Under the pieces are notes generated by a model. That model ran no database searches. It saw only the letters and a program-made list of their open reading frames with translations, and was not told where the DNA came from. A DNA stretch of 32,000 nucleotides from Pseudomonas aeruginosa. GTDB taxonomy: Bacteria; Pseudomonadota; Gammaproteobacteria; Pseudomonadales; Pseudomonadaceae. The stretch lies in NCBI RefSeq assembly GCF_001457615.1, contig NZ_LN831024.1, forward strand, positions 2,460,001 to 2,492,000, written 5' to 3'. A program made the position numbers and the translations under genes. Of the stretch, positions 18,363 through 25,585 are shown piece by piece. Within the stretch, counting starts at the first letter, position 1; each line of letters opens with the position of its first letter.

Positions 18363-18419
18363 GGCGGCCGGGAAACCGAATCCGCTCGGGACGCCTGCGA
18401 TTCGGCTCTCCGGCCCGCC
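18363..18419 (+). terminator. Long imperfect GC-rich stem-loop downstream of the gsp-like operon
   Basis: GGCCGG-GAAA-CCGAATC (18366-18382) pairs with GATTCGG-CTCT-CCGGCC (18399-18415), with possible extension by outer GGC/GCC pairs. There is no U-tract. Confidence 0.4.
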
Positions 18420-18543
18420 ATTGTCGCATTCGCGCAGCGAAGAACGGCCAGTCTGGTCCGCCCTGTAAACAAGTGCAAAATTTTACTTCATGGTCGGCTT
18501 GGCACTCCGAGCCGGCTCGTCCATGCTGGAGCACAACTTTCCC

Positions 18544-18840
18544 ATGGATACCATTGCCATGAAGTTCCTGCTGCCCCTGCTGCTGTTATTCCCGCTTTCC
18601 GCTCTCGCCGACGACAAGGACTACGACCAATGCATACTCGACTACCAACGCACGGCGAAGAGCGGGGTGGCGGTTCACTTCATCACCCAGGCCTGCGACA
18701 AGTTGTATAACGACGGCTCCTTCCTGCTGTCGCGGGAAAAGGCTTATTACGAGTGTCTGCTGGAGAACCTGCCGGGGGTGGAGAACAACCTGGCGGCGCA
18801 GAAGATCAGGAGCGCTTGCGAATCGAAGTCGCAGAATTGA
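18544..18840 (+). CDS. Small secreted/periplasmic protein with internal CX20C duplication, function unknown
   Basis: Signal peptide MKFLLPLLLLFPLSALA|DD and a mature ~80 aa chain with 4 Cys. Start is ATG 18544 or 18559. Confidence 0.8.
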   Translation: MDTIAMKFLLPLLLLFPLSALADDKDYDQCILDYQRTAKSGVAVHFITQACDKLYNDGSFLLSREKAYYECLLENLPGVENNLAAQKIRSACESKSQN

Positions 18841-18874
18841 TCTGGCGAGGAGGGGAGCGAAAGTAGCCAGTGGG

Positions 18875-18912
18875 GTTTCCGACGGCATCGGCAGGATGCC
18901 GTCGGGAAAACC
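18875..18912. terminator. Stem-loop between convergent genes, possible bidirectional terminator
   Basis: GTTTCCGACGGCATC-ggcag-GATGCCGTCGGGAAAAC: arms of ~15 nt with a single extra G, between the stops at 18840 (+) and 18916 (-). No strong U-tract on either strand. Confidence 0.55.
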
Positions 18913-18915
18913 GGC

Positions 18916-19269
18916 TTAGCGTTGCAGCCAGGATTCGACGGTTTCGGAACCGTACTGTTCTTTCCAGGCTTTCAGAACCTTGTGGTTGCCGCCCTTGGTT
19001 TCGACGACTTCACCGTTGTTCGGGTTCTTGTAGACCTTCAGGGCGCGGGCACGGCGCTGCGGAGCGGCGCTGACGGTGACCGGAGCCTTGGGGTCGAGGA
19101 TGGCGATGATGTTGTGCAGGGTCATGCCGTACTTGTCCATCAACGCCTGCAACTTGTCCTTGAATTCCAGTTCCTGCTTCAGGCTGCTGTCGCTTTTCAG
19201 CTTTTCCAGCAGGGCCAGTTGCTCCTGAAGTTTGCGCTCTGCCTCGCGGAACTCGGCAAGTTTGGACAT
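18916..19269 (-). CDS. mvaU: MvaT/MvaU-family H-NS-like transcriptional silencer
   Basis: MSKLAEFREAERKLQEQLALLEKLKSDSSLKQELEFKDKLQALMDKYGMTLHNIIAILDP...YKNPNNGEVVETKGGNHKVLKAWKEQYGSETVESW. Family C-terminal DNA-binding signature GEVVETKGGNHK. Confidence 0.93.
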   Translation of the reverse strand: MSKLAEFREAERKLQEQLALLEKLKSDSSLKQELEFKDKLQALMDKYGMTLHNIIAILDPKAPVTVSAAPQRRARALKVYKNPNNGEVVETKGGNHKVLKAWKEQYGSETVESWLQR

Positions 19270-19576
19270 TCGTTTCACTCCCGTTCTAAAAATATGGTGC
19301 TGGGTTTTGGTGCATTTATAGTGGATTTACGGACTTTCCGTGTCCGCGGCAAAGGATAAGTCTTTATCTACTGGAAGAACAATATAGTTGCACGGTTTTA
19401 TTGACTAACGGACTGTAGGGACAGCTTGCCGGATGTTTCCCGGAAGAATATGAAACCTTTATGTCCGTGGGGATAATGCTTCGTACAACCCATGGGAGAG
19501 AGACGGCAGAACGGGCCCGTTGTGTGGAAGCCCGTTTTAGAGCAGATGGCGAAGCGCCAGGGGAGAGTCGGGCGAA

Positions 19577-19933
19577 TCAATCGCCCCGATATTCGCAACC
19601 GCTGGTGCAAGTTTCGTGGACGCGGACCTTGGAGAGTTCCGGCAACAGCGGCTTGAGTTGTTGCCAGATCCAGCGGCAGAGGTTTTCGCTGGTGGGGTTT
19701 TCCAGGCCTGGAATATCGTTCAGATAATTGTGGTCGAGTTGCTCGTAGATCGGCTTGAAGATCGCCTTGATTTCCGCGAAGTCGCGGATCCAGCCGGTAT
19801 GCGGATCGACCTCGCCTTCGATGTGGATGGCGACACGGAACGAGTGGCCGTGCAGGCGCCCGCATTTGTGGCCTTCGGGGACGTGGGGCAGGCGATGGGC
19901 GGATTCGAAGGTGAATTCTTTGAAGAGTTCCAC
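19577..19933 (-). CDS. 6-pyruvoyl-tetrahydropterin synthase/QueD-like protein
   Basis: GTG start at 19933. [39 protein letters not shown]...LDHNYLND...[11 protein letters not shown]...[16 protein letters not shown], with Zn-binding His motifs and a catalytic Cys context. Confidence 0.93.
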   Translation of the reverse strand: MELFKEFTFESAHRLPHVPEGHKCGRLHGHSFRVAIHIEGEVDPHTGWIRDFAEIKAIFKPIYEQLDHNYLNDIPGLENPTSENLCRWIWQQLKPLLPELSKVRVHETCTSGCEYRGD

Positions 19934-20033
19934 TGTAGTGCGCTCTGGATCGGGGTTATCGGACAACCGGAATGGGGGCGCCATGGTAGCAGGTTTGCGC
20001 GCCGGACCCGGTCTGCTCCGACCGGGCGGTCGT

Positions 20034-21587
20034 TTACCTGAGTTGCAGGCGGCGCGCCAGGCGCGCCAGGTTGGCGCGATCCAGGCCCAGCTCGCGTGCA
20101 GCCGAGGCCCAGCTTCCCTGGTGACGGGCCAGGCAGTCCTGGATAAGGTGGCGTTGGTAGGCGTCGGTGGCCGCGCGCAACGAGTGACCGGTCGTTGGCG
20201 CGGCGGGCGCGGGCTCGACCACGCTGCGAGGTGGCGCGGGGGTTTCCGCGGGCAGGTCGAGATCCTGCCGATGCAGGGTGACGATCCGCGACCGCTCCGG
20301 ATTGTGGCCGAGGGCCTTGAGCGAGGCGCGGCCGACCAGGTGCTCGAGTTCGCGCACGTTGCCCGGCCAGCGATAGTCGAGGAGCGCGGCCTGGGCCTCG
20401 TGGTCCAGGCGCAGGCTGCGCAGTCCCAGGCGCGGTCGGTTTTCCTCGAGGAAGTAGCCGGCCAGCAGGAGGATATCGCGGCCGCGCTCGCGCAGCGGCG
20501 GCACGCGCAAGGGATAGACGCTGAGGCGATGGTAGAGATCGGCGCGGAAGCGCCCGGCACGCACTTCCTCGGCCAGGTCGCGGTTGGTGGCTGCGATCAG
20601 GCGTACGTCGACGCGGTGCTCGCGATCGGAGCCGACCCGCTGCAACTGCCCGCTCTGCAGCACGCGGAGCAGCTTGGCCTGCACCGCCAGCGGCAACTCG
20701 CCGACCTCGTCGAGGAACAGGCTGCCGCCGTCGGCCAGTTCGAACTTGCCGCGCCGTTCGTTGACCGCGCCGGAGAAGGCGCCGCGCACATGGCCGAACA
20801 ATTCGCTTTCCACCAGGGTCTCGGGCAGCGCGGCGCAGTTGAGACTGATCATCGGCTTGCCGCTGCGCATGGAATGCCGGTGGATGGATTGCGCCACCAG
20901 TTCCTTGCCGACCCCGGTCTCGCCGGTGATCAGTACGCTCAGGTCGCTGTTGGCGACCAGGCGGATTTCTTCCAGCAGCGCCTTGTGCGCGGCGCTCTGG
21001 CCGATCATTTCCCGTGGCCGCTCGCCAGCGGCTTCGAGATAGGCCTCGGCGCGCTGGTGCTCGTCCTCGGCGCGGCGGGTCAGGTCGCGCATCCGCTCGC
21101 TGGCCTTGACCGTGGCGGCGGCGAGGCTGGCGAAGGCCTCCAGGGTATCCAGGTCGGCGCTGGCGAAGCGCGACGGATCGAGGGTATCCAGGGTCAGCAA
21201 GCCCCAGGGCTGGTCGTCGAGGTACAGCGGACAGCCCAGGCAATCATGGATTTCCAGGTGGCCGTGGAGGCCTTCCACCAGACCGTCGTAGGGATCGGGC
21301 AGGCCGCAGTCGGCGGGGAAGCGGGTCGGCCCGCGGCGCTCCAGGAGGGCCTCGAGGCGCGGATGTTCGCCGACCCGGAAGCGCCGGCCGAGGGTGTCCG
21401 GGCTGAGGCCGTCCACCGCCAGCGGGATCAGGTATTCGCCGTCCAGGCGCAGCAGCGCGGTGGCGTCGCAGGGCAGCAGGTCGCGCAGGGCCTGGAGCAG
21501 GCGGCGGTAGCGTTCGTCTTCCGGCAGGTCGCGGGACAGGTCGGCAACCAGCGGGATCAGGGTGGCAAGCAAGGGATTGGTGGTCAT
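20034..21587 (-). CDS. fhpR: NorR-like sigma54-dependent NO-responsive regulator FhpR
   Basis: GAF domain, AAA+ with [18 protein letters not shown] and [20 protein letters not shown] (GAFTGA variant GAFSGA), and a C-terminal Fis-type [28 protein letters not shown]. Divergent from fhp. Confidence 0.93.
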   Translation of the reverse strand: MTTNPLLATLIPLVADLSRDLPEDERYRRLLQALRDLLPCDATALLRLDGEYLIPLAVDGLSPDTLGRRFRVGEHPRLEALLERRGPTRFPADCGLPDPYDGLVEGLHGHLEIHDCLGCPLYLDDQPWGLLTLDTLDPSRFASADLDTLEAFASLAAATVKASERMRDLTRRAEDEHQRAEAYLEAAGERPREMIGQSAAHKALLEEIRLVANSDLSVLITGETGVGKELVAQSIHRHSMRSGKPMISLNCAALPETLVESELFGHVRGAFSGAVNERRGKFELADGGSLFLDEVGELPLAVQAKLLRVLQSGQLQRVGSDREHRVDVRLIAATNRDLAEEVRAGRFRADLYHRLSVYPLRVPPLRERGRDILLLAGYFLEENRPRLGLRSLRLDHEAQAALLDYRWPGNVRELEHLVGRASLKALGHNPERSRIVTLHRQDLDLPAETPAPPRSVVEPAPAAPTTGHSLRAATDAYQRHLIQDCLARHQGSWASAARELGLDRANLARLARRLQLR

Positions 21588-21638
21588 TTCGACCTCTTTG
21601 CAGTCCTAATGACTCTGAATGGTTGCAGTCATTATGAC
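21583..21638. promoter_or_regulatory. Three putative NorR/FhpR binding sites (GTCA-N3-TGAC type)
   Basis: GTCATTTCGAC 21583-21593, GTCCTAATGAC 21603-21613 and GTCATTATGAC 21628-21638 (the last a perfect inverted repeat). Confidence 0.75.
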
Positions 21639-21680
21639 CTATGCCGGTCTGCAAGGCCCGTGAATTCTGGTAGTTTGCCT

Positions 21681-21696
21681 TGGCACGCTTCCTGAA
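21681..21696 (+). promoter_or_regulatory. Putative sigma54 promoter of fhp
   Basis: TGGCACG-CTTC-CTGAA: perfect -24 block and degenerate -12 block compared with TGGCACG-N4-TTGCA. It lies 46 bp before the fhp ATG. Confidence 0.6.
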
Positions 21697-21741
21697 ATGC
21701 TTCGAGGTGAAACAAAACCTTGCATGCGTCAGGAGTCATCT

Positions 21742-22923
21742 ATGTTGTCCAATGCCCAACGTGCCCTCATCAAAGCCACCGTACCGCTGCTGGAGACCGG
21801 CGGTGAAGCGCTGATCACCCATTTCTACCGCACCATGCTCGGCGAGTACCCCGAGGTTCGCCCGCTGTTCAACCAGGCCCACCAGGCCAGCGGCGACCAG
21901 CCGCGGGCGCTGGCCAATGGCGTGCTGATGTACGCCAGGCACATCGACCAGTTGCAGGAACTCGGCCCGCTGGTGGCCAAGGTGGTGAACAAGCATGTCT
22001 CCCTGCAGGTGCTGCCCGAACACTATCCGATCGTCGGCACTTGCCTGTTGCGGGCGATCCGCGAGGTCCTCGGCGAACAGATCGCCACCGACGAAGTCCT
22101 CGAAGCCTGGGGCGCGGCCTACCAGCAACTGGCCGACCTGCTGATCGAGGCCGAGGAGTCGGTGTATGCCGCCAGCGCCCAGGCCGATGGCGGCTGGCGC
22201 GGCGTGCGGCGCTTCCGCGTGGCACGCAAGCAGGCGGAGAGCGAGGAAATCACCTCGTTCTACCTGGAGCCGGTGGACGGCCAGCCGCTGCTGGCGTTCC
22301 AGCCGGGACAGTACATCGGCCTGCGGCTGGACATCGACGGCGAGGAAGTGCGCCGCAACTATTCGCTTTCCGCTGCCAGCAACGGCCGCGAATACCGCAT
22401 CAGCGTCAAGCGCGAGGCGGGTGGACGGGTCTCCAATTACCTGCATGACCGGGTCGCCGAGGGCGACGAGCTGGATCTGTTTCCGCCGGCTGGCGATTTC
22501 GTCCTGCGTGACAGCGACAAGCCGCTGGTGCTGATCACCGCCGGCGTCGGCATCACCCCGGCCCTGGCCATGTTGCAGGAAGCGCTGCCGCAGGCGCGGC
22601 CGATCCGCTTCATCCATTGCGCCCGGCATGGCGGCGTGCATGCCTTCCGCGACTGGATCGAAGACGTGTCGGCGCAGCACGAGCAGGTCGAGCACTTCTT
22701 CTGCTACAGCGAACCGCGCGCCGGCGACAGTGCCGACGCCGAGGGATTGCTGAGCCGCGAGAAACTGGCCGACTGGTTGCCGCAGGAGCGCGACCTGGAC
22801 GCCTACTTCCTCGGACCCCGGCCTTTCATGGCGCAGGTCAAGCGCCACCTGGCCGACCTCGGCGTACCCTCGCAGCAATGCCACTACGAGTTCTTCGGTC
22901 CGGCCGCCGCGCTGGACGCCTGA
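21742..22923 (+). CDS. fhp: Flavohemoprotein / nitric oxide dioxygenase
   Basis: 393 aa. Globin domain MLSNAQRALIKATVPLLETGGEALITHFYRTMLGEYPEVRPLFNQAHQ, then FAD/NAD domain YLEPVDGQPLLAFQPGQYIGLRL...RNYSLSAASNGREYRISVKRE...LITAGVGITPALAML. Confidence 0.97.
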   Translation: MLSNAQRALIKATVPLLETGGEALITHFYRTMLGEYPEVRPLFNQAHQASGDQPRALANGVLMYARHIDQLQELGPLVAKVVNKHVSLQVLPEHYPIVGTCLLRAIREVLGEQIATDEVLEAWGAAYQQLADLLIEAEESVYAASAQADGGWRGVRRFRVARKQAESEEITSFYLEPVDGQPLLAFQPGQYIGLRLDIDGEEVRRNYSLSAASNGREYRISVKREAGGRVSNYLHDRVAEGDELDLFPPAGDFVLRDSDKPLVLITAGVGITPALAMLQEALPQARPIRFIHCARHGGVHAFRDWIEDVSAQHEQVEHFFCYSEPRAGDSADAEGLLSREKLADWLPQERDLDAYFLGPRPFMAQVKRHLADLGVPSQQCHYEFFGPAAALDA

Positions 22924-22929
22924 AGCGAC

Positions 22930-22959
22930 GGGCCGGCGCGAGGTGCGTCGGCCCTTTTT
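22930..22959 (+). terminator. Rho-independent terminator downstream of fhp
   Basis: GGGCCG...CGGCCC (22930-22935 / 22949-22954) with an inner CGC/GCG pair, immediately followed by TTTTT (22955-22959). Confidence 0.8.
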
Positions 22960-22977
22960 CGGAAAAAGGAGATCGAG

Positions 22978-23235
22978 ATGAACGCTCTGTTCGATTGTCC
23001 ACGGCGGGTGCTGCGGATCGGTCACGGGCTGCTGGCGGCCGGCCTGGCGCTGCTCGTCGCCGGCGTGATCGCCGCCTATTTCCTCGACCGCTACCTGAAC
23101 ATGCCGGCGCTGGTGTTTTCCCATGCGCTGGTGATCCTCGGCCCGACCCTGTTGAAGATTGGCTACGTGATGCGCCTGAGCGCGCTGTTCCGCATGCGTC
23201 GACCCGGTTGGGAGGTCTGCTGTGCAAGTGCTTGA
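22978..23235 (+). CDS. ppyR: Small membrane protein PpyR-like (psl and pyoverdine operon regulator)
   Basis: 85 aa, MNALFDCPRRVLRIGHGLLAAGLALLVAGVIAAYFLDRYLNMPALVFSHALVILGPTLLKIGYVMRL, two TMs, strong upstream AAAGGAG. The symbol rests on synteny with fhp and recollection. Confidence 0.8.
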   Translation: MNALFDCPRRVLRIGHGLLAAGLALLVAGVIAAYFLDRYLNMPALVFSHALVILGPTLLKIGYVMRLSALFRMRRPGWEVCCASA

Positions 23236-24415
23236 TCGTTCCAGGCTGATGGCCATACCGCCGATCTGGCGCCTGGGCTTCCGCCCGTTCTTCCTCGGCG
23301 GCGCGCTGTTCGCGGTCCTCGCCATCGCGCTCTGGCTGGCGGCGCTGGCCGGGCTCTGGAGCGGCTGGCAACCGGTCGGTGGCTGGCTGGCCTGGCATCG
23401 TCACGAAATGCTCTTCGGTTTCGGCGTGGCGATCATCGCCGGCTTCCTGTTGACCGCCGTGCAGACATGGACCGGCGTACCCGGCCTGCAGGGCAAACCC
23501 CTGGCCCTGCTCGCCGGGCTCTGGCTGGCGGCGCGCCTGGCCTGGCTATTCGATGCGCCGCTGGCGCTGCTGCTGGTGCTGCAACTGAGCTTCCTGCCGC
23601 TATTGGCCTGGGCTATCGGTCGCAGCCTGTGGCGGGTGCGGCAGAAGCGCAATTACCCGGTGGTGGGCCTGTTGCTGCTGTTGACCCTGGCCGACGCCCT
23701 GGTCCTGCTCGGCCTGTTCGAGGGCAACGACGACTGGCAACGGCGTGCCTCCATCGCCGCGCTATGGCTGATCGCCGGGATGATGAACCTGATCGGCGGG
23801 CGGGTGATCCCGTTCTTCACCCAGCGCGGTCTCGGCCGTCAGCAGCAGGTGCCGGCGATCGCCTGGCTGGACAATGGCATCCTGCTGGGCTGCGTGCTGG
23901 TGGCGCTGCTCACCGCCGCGGGCGTCACGACGCAGCCGACGCCCTGGCTTGCAGGACTGTTCGCCGCCCTCGGTGGTGCGCAACTGTGGCGCCTGTGGCG
24001 TTGGCGCGATCGCGGCATCTGGCAGGTGCCGCTGCTCTGGTCTCTGCACCTGGCATATTTCTGGATCGCCGTGGCGCCGCTTGGCATGGCGCTCTGGAGC
24101 CTGGGCCTGGCGCTGGCGCCGAGCCAGGCGCTGCACGCGCTGGCGGTGGGCGGCATGGGCGGGTTGATCCTGGCGATGCTGGCACGGGTCACTCTCGGCC
24201 ATACCGGTCGCGCGCTGCAACCGCCGGCAGCGATGCCCTGGGCTTTCGCTCTGCTCAATCTCGGCTGCGCGGCGCGGGTGTTCCTGCCCAGCCTGTTGCC
24301 GGCGAACTGGGCGCTGCCCCTGGCAGGCGGACTGTGGGCTTTGGCGTTCCTGCTGTTCGCCTGGTTCTATGCGCCGATGCTGTGTCGTCCGCGGGTCGAC
24401 GGCCATCCCGGTTGA
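23222..24415 (+). CDS. nnrS: NnrS-family heme/copper-containing NO-stress membrane protein
   Basis: IPPIWRLGFRPFFLGGALFAVLAIALWL...WHRHEMLFGFGVAIIAGFLLTAVQTWTGVPG...LNLIGGRVIPFFTQRG...HALAVGGMGGLILAMLARVTLGHTGR. GTG start with GGGAGG upstream; overlaps ppyR by 14 nt. Confidence 0.93.
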   Translation: MQVLDRSRLMAIPPIWRLGFRPFFLGGALFAVLAIALWLAALAGLWSGWQPVGGWLAWHRHEMLFGFGVAIIAGFLLTAVQTWTGVPGLQGKPLALLAGLWLAARLAWLFDAPLALLLVLQLSFLPLLAWAIGRSLWRVRQKRNYPVVGLLLLLTLADALVLLGLFEGNDDWQRRASIAALWLIAGMMNLIGGRVIPFFTQRGLGRQQQVPAIAWLDNGILLGCVLVALLTAAGVTTQPTPWLAGLFAALGGAQLWRLWRWRDRGIWQVPLLWSLHLAYFWIAVAPLGMALWSLGLALAPSQALHALAVGGMGGLILAMLARVTLGHTGRALQPPAAMPWAFALLNLGCAARVFLPSLLPANWALPLAGGLWALAFLLFAWFYAPMLCRPRVDGHPG

Positions 24416-24796
24416 TCAGGGGGCTTGCCGCAGACGCCGCAGCTCCTGGTTCAGCCAGTCGGCGGAGTTGCGCGTCTGCGTGGCGCAGCGCACCTGGTAG
24501 GGCTTGCCGCTGAGGCTGCTCTGGGTCGCGGCGCGCTCGATGAAGTCCTCGCTGCTGGCGACCAGGTCCTTGCGCTCCAGGTAGTCGAGCTTCTTCTGCA
24601 GGTGGGCGCGGGCTTCCGCGGCCGGGTATTCGCTGCCGTTGCGGATGAAGGTGCAGCCGCTGTCTTCAACAAAGCTCAGCAAGCGGCCGATCTCCTGGCT
24701 CGCCTGCGGGGAGGGCGCGGCCAGCGCCGGCAGGCTCGAGGCCAGCAGCCAACAGGCGGCGCAGGTAGTCCGCCAGGTAATCGTGAAAGCGCGCAT
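24416..24796 (-). CDS. Secreted DUF5329-like protein
   Basis: 126 aa. Signal peptide MRAFTITWRTTCAACWLLASSLPALAA, then EIGRLLSFVEDSGCTFIRNGSEYPAAEARAHLQKKLDYL. Confidence 0.8.
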   Translation of the reverse strand: MRAFTITWRTTCAACWLLASSLPALAAPSPQASQEIGRLLSFVEDSGCTFIRNGSEYPAAEARAHLQKKLDYLERKDLVASSEDFIERAATQSSLSGKPYQVRCATQTRNSADWLNQELRRLRQAP

Positions 24797-25559
24797 CGTT
24801 CCAGTACTCCATGTGGCTCAACGGGGTGTGCCGCTTGTACCAGGGACCGACCGGCAGGGCGAGGTCCTCGTGGACGACCGCGGCGTAGTTCTGCAACGGC
24901 CGCAGCGGATAGCCGAGCGGATCGGCCGGCGCGTAGACGTTCAGCCAGCGTGCCTGCTGGCGGATGGCCGGGGGCAGGCAGTGGCCGGGAAAGCGGATCG
25001 GACAGACCTTCTCGTAGGCGAAGGTGAACAGCGGGATGTTGCAACCGAAGGTGACCAGCCCGGCCAGGGTTTCCAGGCCGAGGAAGGGGTCGATCGAGCA
25101 ACTCGGCGTGCGGTTGAGTTTCTGCTGGTCCCAGATGAAATTGGACACGATGTGCCCGCCCAGGGAGTGGGCGAGGATCACCAGCGGCGTCTGCGGCCCG
25201 ACTTTCGCGCGCAGGGCCATGATCCCGCTGCGCACGTGCTGGTGGACCTGCTGGTAGGTGGTGTCGTAGGCGGCGCTGACCTTGCGGTAGCCGCTGGCGT
25301 CGCCGAGGAACAGCGTCACCGCCCGGCGCAGCCAGCGCCAGCCCAGCGGCTCGCGCTCGATGCGCTTGAGGTAGTCCAGCTCGCGGGCGTCCAGTACGCT
25401 GGCCCAGTACAGGCTCTGGAAGGCCACCTCGCCGGCTTCCGCGCCGAGACGTCGGCGCAGCGCCGCCACCAGTTCGCGGGCGTAGCTGTGCAGACCGTCC
25501 TCGTCGCGGCTATCGGGCTGGTCGCCGATGCCGTGGATCAGCGCTACGGCCAGTTTCAT
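24666..25559 (-). CDS. Alpha/beta hydrolase-like protein
   Basis: MKLAVALIHGIGDQPDSRDEDGLHSYARELVAALRRRLG..., with nucleophile elbow LVILAHSLGGHIVSNFIWDQQK. Confidence 0.82.
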   Translation of the reverse strand: MKLAVALIHGIGDQPDSRDEDGLHSYARELVAALRRRLGAEAGEVAFQSLYWASVLDARELDYLKRIEREPLGWRWLRRAVTLFLGDASGYRKVSAAYDTTYQQVHQHVRSGIMALRAKVGPQTPLVILAHSLGGHIVSNFIWDQQKLNRTPSCSIDPFLGLETLAGLVTFGCNIPLFTFAYEKVCPIRFPGHCLPPAIRQQARWLNVYAPADPLGYPLRPLQNYAAVVHEDLALPVGPWYKRHTPLSHMEYWNDARFHDYLADYLRRLLAAGLEPAGAGRALPAGEPGDRPLAELC

Positions 25560-25585
25560 GCAGGATCCTTCTCGTCGGTGGCGGC

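Noticed and set aside
19934-20560. Long N-terminal extension of the ptpS-like ORF (327-aa form)
   Set aside because: The extension lies antisense-free but inside fhpR coding DNA. The conserved domain begins at the GTG at 19933 ([14 protein letters not shown]).
19755-21695. 646-aa plus-strand ORF opposite fhpR and ptpS-like gene
   Set aside because: It runs antisense across two confidently assigned genes and has no domain signature.
21736-23325. 529-aa antisense ORF in fhp/ppyR
   Set aside because: Shadow of the unmistakable flavohemoprotein gene.
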